NCBI GenBank assembly: GCA_963725865.1 | Contig: CAVSAC010000014.1 | Coordinates: 485,422 to 549,421, forward strand | Direction: 5' to 3' | Origin: Candidatus Eiseniibacteriota bacterium | Lineage (GTDB): Bacteria > Eisenbacteria > RBG-16-71-46 | Length of the DNA: 64,000 bases | In this document: positions 39,476-49,164 of the stretch, piece after piece | Layout: each line of letters opens with the position of its first letter | How positions within the stretch are numbered: position 1 is the first letter of the stretch | Program-made: the position numbers and the translations under genes | Notes under the pieces: generated by a model | Database searches by the model: none | Told to the model about the DNA's origin: nothing | The model's input: only the letters and a program-made list of their open reading frames with translations

Positions 39476-39928
39476 ATGACGCCGGCGCAGCGCGCACGAC
39501 GCGCCCGCATCGGCTTGCCGCCATCGGAGACGCATATGGCCGCCGCCGCGCCGCGACCCTCGCTGTCGCACGAATGCCGGGCGCCGTACGACCCCGAGTG
39601 TCTGCGTGCGCTCTCGACCGCCTGCGCGGGCTACGAACGCGAGATGGTGCTCGAGCTGTTGCTGCGCGTGCCATGGCTCATGCAGGAGATCGATCGTGCC
39701 GTGATCCTGCGCGACCCGGAGCGGCTCGCGCTGCTCGCTCACGACCTCCAGCGTTGCTGCGTGCTGCTGGGCGCCGAGCCGCTCGGTGACGCGAGCACCG
39801 CGCTCGAGCACATGGGAGAGCGCGCCGACTTCCGGATCGCGCGCACGCTGCTCGAGTGCGCGCACGCGGAGCGCACGCGGCTGGAGCAGGCGCTCGCCGC
39901 CCACCTGGCCGAGCTGCGCGGCCGCTGA
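39476..39928 (+). CDS. Stand-alone Hpt-like protein (alternative start 39536)
   Basis: Helical bundle 'D.ERLALLAHDLQ....LLGAEPL...STALE'. Confidence 0.65.
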   Translation: MTPAQRARRARIGLPPSETHMAAAAPRPSLSHECRAPYDPECLRALSTACAGYEREMVLELLLRVPWLMQEIDRAVILRDPERLALLAHDLQRCCVLLGAEPLGDASTALEHMGERADFRIARTLLECAHAERTRLEQALAAHLAELRGR

Positions 39929-40021
39929 GCCGCGACGGCCGCCGCGCCGGCCCGCGCGAGGTGTCGCGCGAGCGGCGCTCGCTTGACCCCCCCGGGGGTC
40001 CGGCGTAGCGTCGCCGCCGTC

Positions 40022-40777
40022 ATGAACACCCACAGCGTGATGCGGGCGGAGCCGGCGCCCGCGACCCTCGCGGGCGTACGGCGGTGGCTCACGCCGGTGC
40101 GGGCCGCCCTCGGTCCCGACTTCCTCGCCGCCTATCTGACCGGCAGCGTGCTCAACACCGAGTGGAACCCGAAGCGCTCGGCGGTCAACCTGCTGGTGGT
40201 GGCGCGCGCCATCGACACCACGCGTGTCGACGCGCTGGCCGTCGCGATCCCGAAGCCCGACCCGGTCGTGCGCATCGAGCCGTTGTTCCTCTCGCTCCGG
40301 CAGATCGAGCACTCGCTCGACGTGTTCCCGATCGAGTGGACCGAGATCCTCGAGCGCCACCTGTTGCTCGAGGGCGAGGACGTGATCGGGACGCTCGCGG
40401 TGCCGCCGCAGGCCCTGCGCTCCCAGCTCGAGCACGAGCTGCGCAGCAAGCATCTGCGCCTGCGCCACGCGTACCTGCTCTCGCACGCCCACCCGCACGA
40501 GCTGGAGCGCGAACTGCGCGGCGTCGCATCGTCGTTCGCGGCGCTGTTCCGCACCCTGCTGCGACTGCAGGGCGAGCCGGTGCCGGCGGAGCTGGCGCAG
40601 GTCATCGAGCGAGTCTGCGATCTCTATCGCATCGACGCGCAAGGCCTGCTGGGCGCCCACATGGTGCGCTACGGCGAGCGGGGCTGGAAGCCCGGCGAGA
40701 TCGTGCCGCTCTTCCGCGGCTTCCTGGCCGGGGTCGATCGCCTCATCGAGGCGATCGACGACTTGCGTCTGCCATGA
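40022..40777 (+). CDS. Nucleotidyltransferase-fold hypothetical protein (TPM/LemA-associated)
   Basis: 'AAYLTGS...SAVNLLVV', 'DVFPIEW..I'; overlaps the TPM gene start. Confidence 0.6.
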   Translation: MNTHSVMRAEPAPATLAGVRRWLTPVRAALGPDFLAAYLTGSVLNTEWNPKRSAVNLLVVARAIDTTRVDALAVAIPKPDPVVRIEPLFLSLRQIEHSLDVFPIEWTEILERHLLLEGEDVIGTLAVPPQALRSQLEHELRSKHLRLRHAYLLSHAHPHELERELRGVASSFAALFRTLLRLQGEPVPAELAQVIERVCDLYRIDAQGLLGAHMVRYGERGWKPGEIVPLFRGFLAGVDRLIEAIDDLRLP

Positions 40778-41589
40778 GGCGCCGGCGCGCCACCGCGCGC
40801 GTCGCCGCTCTGCTGATCGCGATCCTCGCCCTTGCACCCGCGCGGGCCGGTCGCACGCAGGACGGGAGCACGGCGCCCGCGATCCCGCCGGCGGTCGGGA
40901 ACGTCAACGACTTCGCCGGCGTGTTCGACGAGTCCGCGCGCGCCCGGCTCGAGGGCTTCCTCGACCAGGTGCATCGCAAGACCGGCGCCCAGTTCTGGGT
41001 GATGACCGTCGACTCCTGCCCGACCCCACCGGATGAGTTCAAGACCACGGTCTTCAAGACGTGGGGGATCGGGCGCAAGGGCGTCGACGACGGGCTGCTG
41101 ATGCTGGTCGCACTGCGCCAGCGGCGCGTCGAGTTCGAGACCGGCTACGGGCTCGAGGGCACGCTCACCGACGCGTTCGAGTCGCGGGTGGTACGCGAGG
41201 TGATGGCGCCACGGATGCGTGCCGGCGACCTGCCCGGCGGAATCACGCAGGGCGCGCTCGCGGTGTCGGCGAAGATCGCCGCCGCGCATCACGTAACGCT
41301 CGAGTGGGACGGCCGCGAGCTGCGCTATCGCGACCGTGCGGCCGGCCTGCCGACGTGGGTGGTGGTGCTGCTGGTGATCTTCGTCCTGCTGATGGTCGCC
41401 TTGGGCGGCGGCTTCGGCGGCCAGCCCCGTCGCCGCTGGCGCAGCGGCTACGATGACGGCCTCGGCGGCTGGGGCGGCTGGGGTGGCGGCTTCGGCGGTG
41501 GCGGTGGCGGCTTCGGCGGTGGCGGTGGCGGCTTCGGCGGCGGGGGTGGCGGTGCGAGCGGCGGCGGTGGTGGCGGAGGTTCGTGGTAG
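40774..41589 (+). CDS. TPM domain protein with Gly-rich C-terminus
   Basis: 'VNDFAGV', 'WGIGRKGVDDGLL', 'GYGLEG.L.D', GGGFGGG repeats. Confidence 0.92.
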   Translation: MRRRRATARVAALLIAILALAPARAGRTQDGSTAPAIPPAVGNVNDFAGVFDESARARLEGFLDQVHRKTGAQFWVMTVDSCPTPPDEFKTTVFKTWGIGRKGVDDGLLMLVALRQRRVEFETGYGLEGTLTDAFESRVVREVMAPRMRAGDLPGGITQGALAVSAKIAAAHHVTLEWDGRELRYRDRAAGLPTWVVVLLVIFVLLMVALGGGFGGQPRRRWRSGYDDGLGGWGGWGGGFGGGGGGFGGGGGGFGGGGGGASGGGGGGGSW

Positions 41590-41639
41590 CGTTCCCGCGC
41601 GCGCGGCGTGCGCGCGCTCGTTCGAGAGGAGAGGGATCG

Positions 41640-42221
41640 ATGCGTCGTGGACTGTGGATCGGGATCGCCGTCGTGGCCGTGCTGCTGATGATGGTCGGCG
41701 GCTGTCTGACCGGGAGCTACAACCGCCTCGTCACCACGCGCGAGTCGGTGACCAACCGCTGGGAGCAGGTCAACAGCCAGTTGCAGCGACGCAACGACCT
41801 GATCGGCAACCTGGTCGAGTCGGTGAAGGGCACCGCGACCCAGGAGCAGGTGGTGTTCGGCGAGATCGCCGACGCGCGCGCGCGCATGAGCGGCGCGCAG
41901 ACGCCGCAGCAGAGCATCGCCGCCGGACAGGCCATGGACGGGGCCATCGGACGGCTGCTGGTGGTGGTGGAGAACTACCCGCAGCTCAAGAGCAACGAGG
42001 CGTTCCTCGGGCTGATGGACGAGCTGACCGGCACCGAGAACCGGCTCGCCACCGAGCGCATGCGGTACAACGACGAGGTGCGGGGCTTCAACGTCATGAT
42101 CAAGCGCTTCCCCACCAACCTCTACGCCTCGCTGTTCAAGTTCACCGAAGCGCCCTACTACCCGGTGACCGAGCAGGCGAAGGTCGCGCCCAAGGTGGAT
42201 TTCAGCGGGCTGAAGAAGTAG
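41640..42221 (+). CDS. lemA: LemA family protein (second copy)
   Basis: 'QLQRRNDLIGNLV', 'ENYPQLKSN', 'ENRLATERMRYN'. Confidence 0.95.
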   Translation: MRRGLWIGIAVVAVLLMMVGGCLTGSYNRLVTTRESVTNRWEQVNSQLQRRNDLIGNLVESVKGTATQEQVVFGEIADARARMSGAQTPQQSIAAGQAMDGAIGRLLVVVENYPQLKSNEAFLGLMDELTGTENRLATERMRYNDEVRGFNVMIKRFPTNLYASLFKFTEAPYYPVTEQAKVAPKVDFSGLKK

Positions 42222-42272
42222 CGCGCGCCGCTCCGCGGGAGCGCCGGGGCCACGGCGCCGGCGCTCCCCGCG

Positions 42273-43079
42273 TCATGCGGCCCCGTCCCCGCCGATGCGC
42301 TCGCGCCACTCGCGGGCGAGCCACTCGAGGAACCACACCACCTCGCGCGGCGACGCGACCACGTACTCGGCGCGCGAGAACGGGCGGCCGACCACCACGG
42401 CGACCCCGCCGCGGGCGCGCGCCCGCTCGAACGCGGGCTCGTCGTGGGTGTCGTCGCCGAGGTACACCACCAGCGCGCCACGCCGCGGCCGCAGCCAGCG
42501 CTCGAGCGCGGAACCCTTGTCCCAGCGCACCGGCGGCATCACCTCGAACACCATCTTGCCGTGCACCAGCGTCGCCCGCCCGCGGAGCGGCCGCACCCGC
42601 CGCCGCACGCCCGCGCCGAAGGCGGGGCGGAATCGCGCCGGCACGCTGCGGTAGTGGAGGGCGATCGCGTGGCGCTTGTCCTCGAGCCACGCGCCGGGAA
42701 AGCGCCGGCACCACGCCTCCAGCTCCGCCCACAGCTCCCGCGGCAGCTCGGCGCCGGGCGCCAGATGCAGGCGCCGTCGTCCACCCGGCTCCTGGGTCTC
42801 GAGTCCGGCCGAGCCGCTCAGGAACACGTTCGGCAGCGCGAGGCGCTCGCGCAGGTCGTCGAGCGAGCGGCCCGAGAGCACGGCCACCGAGACGCGGGCG
42901 AGCCGTCCCAGCCGGTGCAGGGCGCGGCGCGCGCGCGCCGAGAGCACCGCGTGCTCGGGACGCTCCACGATCGGCGTGAGCGTGCCGTCGAAGTCGGCGG
43001 CGACGGCGAGTGACGGCGCCCGCGTCACGCGGGCGGCGAGTCCCTCGAGCGACAGCCACAGGGGACGCAGGCGAGCCAT
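42273..43079 (-). CDS. otsB: Trehalose-6-phosphate phosphatase
   Basis: HAD motif 'DFDGTL', 'VLSGR', 'DKG', 'YLGDDTHDE'. Confidence 0.92.
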   Translation of the reverse strand: MARLRPLWLSLEGLAARVTRAPSLAVAADFDGTLTPIVERPEHAVLSARARRALHRLGRLARVSVAVLSGRSLDDLRERLALPNVFLSGSAGLETQEPGGRRRLHLAPGAELPRELWAELEAWCRRFPGAWLEDKRHAIALHYRSVPARFRPAFGAGVRRRVRPLRGRATLVHGKMVFEVMPPVRWDKGSALERWLRPRRGALVVYLGDDTHDEPAFERARARGGVAVVVGRPFSRAEYVVASPREVVWFLEWLAREWRERIGGDGAA

Positions 43080-43356
43080 GGGGTCCTCCGGGTTGCGTAC
43101 ACGGCCATTCTGGATCCGCGGTCCCGCGGCCCGGGCAGCCTAGCGCCCGGCCTCGCATTCCTCTACCCCGCCAGGTGTCGCGCGGTGCCGAACCGATTCT
43201 GGACAGGTCGAGGTCAAGTCGCTAGCGTCCATGAGCGTCCACTCCATGGGGACCACCCGACGTTCTCGCCGTTCGGAGCCCGTTTCGGCCCCGCGCCGGT
43301 GTATAGCTTGGACCAGCCGATCCCGGAGCCGAGGCCCCCACCCGAGGAGGCTCAGC

Positions 43357-44940
43357 GTGGAACAGCGTGAACGCGTGCGTGGCGCCCTCAATCGCGCCGC
43401 GATCCGAACCCGCCAGCGCAGCGGGGCGCCACCGCGCCGCGGACGGGAGCACCTGCAGGAGTGGGGCCGGGCGCACCTGCGCGACCGGCGGTTCGTGGTG
43501 ATCTCCAACCGCGAGCCCTATTCCCACCACGCCGAGGGCGGACTGCACTGGGTGCGCAACGCCGGCGGCCTGACGGTGGCGCTCGACGCGGTGGCGCGCG
43601 CGCTCGGCGGGACCTGGGTGGCTCACGGTTCCGGCAGCGCCGATCGCGAGACCGCGGACGAGCGCGGCCACGTGCCGTGCCCGCCGGGGCATCCGGCGTA
43701 CACGCTGCGCCGCGTCTGGCTCGACGCCGAGGACCACGAGCGCTTCTACGCCGGGTTCTCGAACTCCGCGCTGTGGCCGCTCTGCCACATCGTGTTCGTC
43801 CGGCCGACGTTCCGGCTCGCGGACTGGGAGCGTTACCGCGACGTGAACCGGCGCTTCGCCGAGGCGGCCCTCGAGGAGATCGGCGACGCGCCAGCGGTGG
43901 TCTTCATCCAGGATTACCACCTGGCGCTGGCGGCGAAGTACCTCAAGGCCGCGCGGCCCGACCTCCAGGTCGCGCTGTTCTGGCACATCCCGTGGCCCAA
44001 CGCCGAGGTGTTCCGCCGGCTGCCCTGGGGCGAGGAGTTGCTCGACGGCCTGCTCGCGAACGACCTGCTCGGCTTCCACACCCACCAGCACGCGCTGAAC
44101 TTCCTCGACTCGGTGGCGGACACGCTCGAGGCGCGCGTGGATTCCGGCCGGCTGGCGGTCGACCGCGCGGGACGCCGCACCTGGGTGCGGCACTTCCCGA
44201 TCGGCGTCGACGCCGAGGAGATCGCGATGCTCGCCGAGTCGACCGAGGCGCGCGCCCAGGAGCAGGCGCTGCGCGAGCGGCTCGGACTGAACGGAGTGCG
44301 CCTGGGCCTCGGGGTGGACCGGCTCGACTACACCAAGGGCATCCCCGAGCGACTCGAGGCCGTCGAGCGGCTGTTCGAGTCGCATCCCGAGTGGGTGGGG
44401 CGCCTGGCGTTCGTGCAGATCGGCGTGCCGTCGCGGATCGAGCTGGCGGAGTATCGCGCGGTGCGGGACCGGACGCGTGCCCTGGTGGAGCGCATCGAAG
44501 CCCGCTTCCCCCGCCGCGACGGCCCCACCATCCACCTGATCGAGGAGAACCTCGACTTCCGCGAGCTGGTGCCGTGGTACCGCGCGGCCGACCTGTGCGC
44601 GGTCACCGCGCTTCACGACGGGATGAACCTGGTCGCCAAGGAGTACCTGGCGGCCTCCCCGGATCACGCGGGTGCCCTGGTGCTGTCCCCGTTCACCGGC
44701 GCCGCGCGCGAGTTGGAACGCGCGTGGATCGCCAGCCCTTACGACCGCGAGGGACTCGCGGAGACGATGCACGCCGCGCTGTCGGAGCCCGACGAGGAGC
44801 GCCGGGTGCGCATGCAGGCGCTGCGCGAGACGGTGCTGCGCTGGAACATCTACGACTGGGCCATCGGCGTCCTCGATGGCCTCATGGACCTCAACCTGCG
44901 CACGCCGGCCGGCGCGCCGGCATCCGTTCCATCGCCCTGA
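43357..44940 (+). CDS. otsA: Trehalose-6-phosphate synthase (GT20)
   Basis: 'ISNREP', 'AGGL', 'IQDYHL', 'FWHIPWP', 'VDRLDYTKGI', 'DGMNLVAKEY'. Confidence 0.95.
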   Translation: MEQRERVRGALNRAAIRTRQRSGAPPRRGREHLQEWGRAHLRDRRFVVISNREPYSHHAEGGLHWVRNAGGLTVALDAVARALGGTWVAHGSGSADRETADERGHVPCPPGHPAYTLRRVWLDAEDHERFYAGFSNSALWPLCHIVFVRPTFRLADWERYRDVNRRFAEAALEEIGDAPAVVFIQDYHLALAAKYLKAARPDLQVALFWHIPWPNAEVFRRLPWGEELLDGLLANDLLGFHTHQHALNFLDSVADTLEARVDSGRLAVDRAGRRTWVRHFPIGVDAEEIAMLAESTEARAQEQALRERLGLNGVRLGLGVDRLDYTKGIPERLEAVERLFESHPEWVGRLAFVQIGVPSRIELAEYRAVRDRTRALVERIEARFPRRDGPTIHLIEENLDFRELVPWYRAADLCAVTALHDGMNLVAKEYLAASPDHAGALVLSPFTGAARELERAWIASPYDREGLAETMHAALSEPDEERRVRMQALRETVLRWNIYDWAIGVLDGLMDLNLRTPAGAPASVPSP

Positions 44941-44977
44941 TCCCGCCGGCGAGCGGGCCACGCCCCGGAGGTGACCG

Positions 44978-45676
44978 ATGCCGTTCGCACTGCTGATGCA
45001 GTCCGTCGTCTGGCAGGAGACACTCGATCGTCTGAGGTCGCAGGCCATCGACGCCGAGCGCGGCGCGCTCGCGCTGGCGCTGGCCGCGGCGGTCGCGCTG
45101 GTGGGCTGGGGGCTCGCGGCGCTGGTGTCGCGGCTGCTGCTCGCGCTGCTGCGCGCCGGGCGCTTCAATGCCGCCATGCGCCGGCTCGTCGGCCACGAGC
45201 CGATGCGCGAGCCGGCGGTGCTCACGGCGCGCGCGGTGTTCGCCGTGCTGGTGGTGGCCGGCGTGGTGCTGGGGCTCGACACGCTCGGCTTCGGACTCGG
45301 CGCCTCGCTCGCCGACCGCCTGCGCGACGTGCTGCCCCGCGTGCTCACCGCCGCGCTGCTGCTGGCGGCCGGCGTGATCGGCGCGATGGCGCTCGGCTCC
45401 GCGACCCGGCGCTTCTTCGACAGCGCCGGCCTGCGCGGCGGGCGGCTGCGCGGACAGATCGTGACGGCGGTCTTCACGCTCTTCGCCGCGCTGCTGGCGC
45501 TCGAGCAGCTGGGATTCGCGGCGCAGTTCGTGGCGGCGGTCGGGGTGGTGGCGGTGAGCGCGCTCGGTCTCGCGGCGGGGCTGGCGTTCGGGCTCGGCTG
45601 TCGCGACCTGGCGCGCGATTTCGTGGTGGAGTACCTGCGCTCGCTCGACGAGGAGCGGCCTGCGCGGCCGCTGTGA
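44978..45676 (+). CDS. Membrane protein, mechanosensitive-channel TM-helix (CmpX-like) family
   Basis: Multiple TM helices; 'AAGLAFGLG.RD.AR..V'. Confidence 0.75.
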   Translation: MPFALLMQSVVWQETLDRLRSQAIDAERGALALALAAAVALVGWGLAALVSRLLLALLRAGRFNAAMRRLVGHEPMREPAVLTARAVFAVLVVAGVVLGLDTLGFGLGASLADRLRDVLPRVLTAALLLAAGVIGAMALGSATRRFFDSAGLRGGRLRGQIVTAVFTLFAALLALEQLGFAAQFVAAVGVVAVSALGLAAGLAFGLGCRDLARDFVVEYLRSLDEERPARPL

Positions 45677-45683
45677 GGCGCCG

Positions 45684-46424
45684 ATGAGCACGCTCGCGCT
45701 CACGAGCGTCGTGCACCTCGTGCGGCCCACCGGCGTGGTCGCGAACGACCTCGAGGAACTGCGCGCCGGGATCGCGACGGCGCCCAACGAGGCGCTGTTC
45801 CTGCACGTGCCGCTGGTGCGGCTGCGCGCCGGCGGCGACGACGCGCCGCAGGACGACTTCAGCGACTGGGTGTTCGGCGTGGTGCAGGACCGCGAGACCG
45901 CCGAGCGCCTGGCGTTCGCCGCCCAGACCGCGGCCGGTTCCGCCGCGGACCTGCGCGCGGCCCTGCTCGCGGTGCTCGACGCGCACGCGCCGGCGACGCG
46001 CGCGGCCCGGCGCGCGCCCGCGGGCGGCGGCTTCCACTTCCTCGCCGCGGAATCCGTGCGGCTCGACACCGGGCTCTTCGCCGAGGATCCCGAGGTCCTG
46101 TTGCGCCTGCTGACGGTCGCCGACACCAGCGCGTGGTTCTACCACCTCGTCGAGCAGCCCTGGCGCGCGGACGGGACGGAGACGCTGTGCGGCTGGCTGC
46201 GCGCGCGGGGGGCCGCGACCGTCGCCGCGCGCATCGAGGAGGTGGTGGGCTCGGGTCTCCCGCTCGAGGCCGTGCGCTCGCGCCTGATCCGACGGTGGCG
46301 CCGCGGCCGACTCGTGCAGCGCCTGTCCGAGGCGTCGCAGCGGCCCGAGACGGTGCAGCGGGTGCTGGCGCGGGCGGCGGCGGCGGGCCTCGCGCGCCGG
46401 CTGGCGCGCGGCGACGCCGGCTGA
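45684..46424 (+). CDS. DUF5752-like protein
   Basis: 'GIATAPNEALFLH', 'DDFSDWV', 'FHF...S', 'SAWFYH'; context is a treT/otsA cluster. Confidence 0.7.
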   Translation: MSTLALTSVVHLVRPTGVVANDLEELRAGIATAPNEALFLHVPLVRLRAGGDDAPQDDFSDWVFGVVQDRETAERLAFAAQTAAGSAADLRAALLAVLDAHAPATRAARRAPAGGGFHFLAAESVRLDTGLFAEDPEVLLRLLTVADTSAWFYHLVEQPWRADGTETLCGWLRARGAATVAARIEEVVGSGLPLEAVRSRLIRRWRRGRLVQRLSEASQRPETVQRVLARAAAAGLARRLARGDAG

Positions 46425-46437
46425 GCGGCGGCCGCGC

Positions 46438-47670
46438 ATGGACACCGTGCTGCCATCCACCACCGGCTCGCTGCTCGAACGCTATCGCGCGATCGCGGGC
46501 GACGGCCCGGTGCGGGCGCTCGAGGCGCTCGCGCGGCGCCTGCGAGGCCACCGCGTGGTCATGGTGAACTCCACCGCGACCGGCGGGGGCGTCGCCGAGA
46601 TCCTGCACCGGCTCGTCGCGTTGCTGCAGGAGCTGGGGGTGCCCACCCGCTGGGAGGTGATGCCGGGCGACGAGCGCTTCTACGGCATCACGAAGACGCT
46701 GCACAACACCCTGCACGGGCTGCCCGGCACGCTCAGCGCTGGCGACCGCGAGCACTTCGTCGAGGTGAGCCGGCGCGCCGCGCAGGCGCTCGACCTCGAG
46801 GGCGACCTGGTGATGATCCACGACCCGCAGCCGGTGGCGCTCGCCGGGCTGCGGCGGGTGCCGGGCCAGCACTGGGTGTGGCGCTGCCACATCGACCTCT
46901 CGCACGCCGATGCGGATGCGTGGTCGTTCCTCGCCCCCGAGGTGTCGCGCTACGACGCGACGGTGTTCTCGCACCAGGCGTTCGTGCCGCCGCTCGCGGT
47001 GCCCGCCTATCTCGTGCCGCCCTCGATCGACCCGTTCTCCGACAAGAACCGCGAGCTGACCGACGACGAGCAGCAGGAGCTGCTGGCGCCTCTCGGGCTG
47101 CCAGAGGCGCGTCCGTGGGTGACCCAGGTCTCGCGCTTCGACCGCCTCAAGGACCCGCTCGGGGTGATCGAGGCGTTCGCGCTGGCGACCCGCCACGAGC
47201 GCGCGCACCTGGTGCTCGCGGGCGGGAGCGCCGACGACGATCCCGAGGGCGCCGCGGTGCTGGCCGAGGTGCAGGCCCGCGCCGCGCAGGTCCGCGACGT
47301 CTCGGTGCTGCTGCTGCCGCCCGACGCGCATCGCACCATCAACGCGCTGCAGCGGCGCTCGACCGTGGTGGTGCAGAAGTCGCTGCGCGAGGGCTTCGCG
47401 CTCACCGTCGCGGAGGCGCTGTGGAAGCGGCGTGCGGTGGTCGCGTCGGCGGTCGGCGGGATCCCGCTGCAGGTCCGCCACGAGGAGACCGGGCTGCTGG
47501 TGCGCTCGATCGAGGGGACGGCCCTGGGGATCACCCGCATGCTGCGCGCGCCCGACCTCCGGCGGCGGCTCGGGAGCGCCGGCCACGAGCACGTGCGGCG
47601 CCACTTCCTGAACGTCCGCGAGGCCAGCGACTACCTGGCGGTGTTCGTGCGCCGACTCGACGGCGGCTGA
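46438..47670 (+). CDS. treT: GT4 glycosyltransferase, trehalose synthase TreT-like
   Basis: 'NSTATGGGVAEIL', 'IHDPQP', 'WRCHID', 'QVSRFD..KDP', 'QKSLREGFALTV.EALWK'. Confidence 0.9.
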   Translation: MDTVLPSTTGSLLERYRAIAGDGPVRALEALARRLRGHRVVMVNSTATGGGVAEILHRLVALLQELGVPTRWEVMPGDERFYGITKTLHNTLHGLPGTLSAGDREHFVEVSRRAAQALDLEGDLVMIHDPQPVALAGLRRVPGQHWVWRCHIDLSHADADAWSFLAPEVSRYDATVFSHQAFVPPLAVPAYLVPPSIDPFSDKNRELTDDEQQELLAPLGLPEARPWVTQVSRFDRLKDPLGVIEAFALATRHERAHLVLAGGSADDDPEGAAVLAEVQARAAQVRDVSVLLLPPDAHRTINALQRRSTVVVQKSLREGFALTVAEALWKRRAVVASAVGGIPLQVRHEETGLLVRSIEGTALGITRMLRAPDLRRRLGSAGHEHVRRHFLNVREASDYLAVFVRRLDGG

Positions 47671-47685
47671 GCGCCGCGGCCGGCG

Positions 47686-49164
47686 TCAGGCCGCGGTGCG
47701 CTCCAGCGCGAGCGTCTCGTGGACCGCGGCCTCGAGCGCCTCGCGCGTGGTGGAATCCAGCGCCTCCTCCAGCGAGCCCAGCGCGCGGCGGGCCGCGTCC
47801 GCGAGCGGCTCGCCGCCGGCGCGCGCGATCACCAGGCGACGCGCGAACGCCCCGCACAGCGCCGCGCGAGCGGTCGTCGGATCGACCGACTGGTGCGGCG
47901 CGAGCGGCATGCGCGCGGCCGCGGCCAGCGCGCACAGCTCGCTGATCCACCCGGTGGAATCGCCGCCGGCCAGCTGGACGAGCGCCTCGCGGGTGCGCGC
48001 CTCGTCCGCGGTCGCTCCGAGCAGCGCGACGTGGCGCAGCAGCCCGCGCATGCGGGGCGGGAGCAGCGTGGCGCGCCCCGCGCGCTCGACCAGCGCCGCG
48101 GCCTCCGCGCGCAGCGCGGTCTCGGCCGTGACCGCGGTGACGGAGGCGAGCACCACGATCGCGCGCTCGAGCGGCAGACGGTAGCGGCGCGCGTTGCGCA
48201 GCGCGCCCGCCACCAGCTCGCAGAGACCCGCCACCAGCTCGAGGTCGCGCGGCTCGGGCTCGAGGCCGTCGCCGCGCTCGTCCGCCAGCAGCACCCCCTC
48301 GAGCCCGTCGGGACCGCTCAGCGGCGCCGCCAGCGTGAAGCCGCCCGCGACCAGCGTCGGCAGCTCGTCCGCCAGCTCGCTCAGCCGCTCCATCTCGCGC
48401 CTCAGCACCGGTCGTCCGAGCGCCGCCAGCGTGCTCACGAGCGGACCGTCGGTGGCGAGCGCGCACCCCGCGAGGCGATCGAGCGCGTCCCCGCGCACCG
48501 CCACCGGCTCGAGCGTCCGGCCATCGGGCGCCGGCGCCAGCAGCGCCACGGTCGCCACGCCGAGGCGGGTCTGCGCCGCGGCCAGGAAGCGCCGCGCCAG
48601 CGTGTCGAAGTCGAGCGTGCAGTGGAGGTCGCGTCCGACCCCGAACGCCAGCTCGCGCAGGCGCTGCTCGCGCCGCGTCTCGACCTGCGAGCGCCGCACC
48701 TCGTCGCGCGCGCGCGCCAGCTCGCGCTCCAGCTCGACGCCGCGCTGCCGCAGCGCGCGCGCGTCGGCGACCCGCGCGAGCAGCCGGCGCGAGCGGGCGA
48801 TCAGCTCCTTCGGCGAGAACGGCTTCGCCAGGAAGTCGTCGGCGCCGGAGGCGAGCCCGTGCACGCGCGCCTCGGTCTCGCCGGCCGCCGAGACCATGAT
48901 GACCGGGGCGGCCCGCTCGCCACGCTCGCGCCGCAGCGCCTCGCACACCTCGAACCCGCTGCGCTTGGGCAGCCGCACGTCGAGCACGATCAGGTCCGGC
49001 TGCTCGCCGATCGCTTTGCGGTAGGCGTCGTCGCCGTCGATCGCGGTCAGCACCTCGAACCCCTGCGTCGAGAAAGCGACCTGGAGCAGCTCGAGCACGC
49101 GGCGGTCGTCGTCGACCACCAGCACGCGCGGCACCGGCGCCGCAGGACGGAGCGCGCCGCTCAC
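47686..49164 (-). CDS. Response regulator: REC + coiled coil + GAF + degenerate C-terminal domain
   Basis: 'LVVDDD', 'LDVRLP', 'KPFS'; GAF-like 'FTLAAPL..PDGLEGVLL'. Confidence 0.85.
   Translation of the reverse strand: MSGALRPAAPVPRVLVVDDDRRVLELLQVAFSTQGFEVLTAIDGDDAYRKAIGEQPDLIVLDVRLPKRSGFEVCEALRRERGERAAPVIMVSAAGETEARVHGLASGADDFLAKPFSPKELIARSRRLLARVADARALRQRGVELERELARARDEVRRSQVETRREQRLRELAFGVGRDLHCTLDFDTLARRFLAAAQTRLGVATVALLAPAPDGRTLEPVAVRGDALDRLAGCALATDGPLVSTLAALGRPVLRREMERLSELADELPTLVAGGFTLAAPLSGPDGLEGVLLADERGDGLEPEPRDLELVAGLCELVAGALRNARRYRLPLERAIVVLASVTAVTAETALRAEAAALVERAGRATLLPPRMRGLLRHVALLGATADEARTREALVQLAGGDSTGWISELCALAAAARMPLAPHQSVDPTTARAALCGAFARRLVIARAGGEPLADAARRALGSLEEALDSTTREALEAAVHETLALERTAA

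Noticed and set aside
41460-41585. 21-bp tandem repeat
   Set aside because: Encodes the ordinary Gly-rich tail of TPM proteins.
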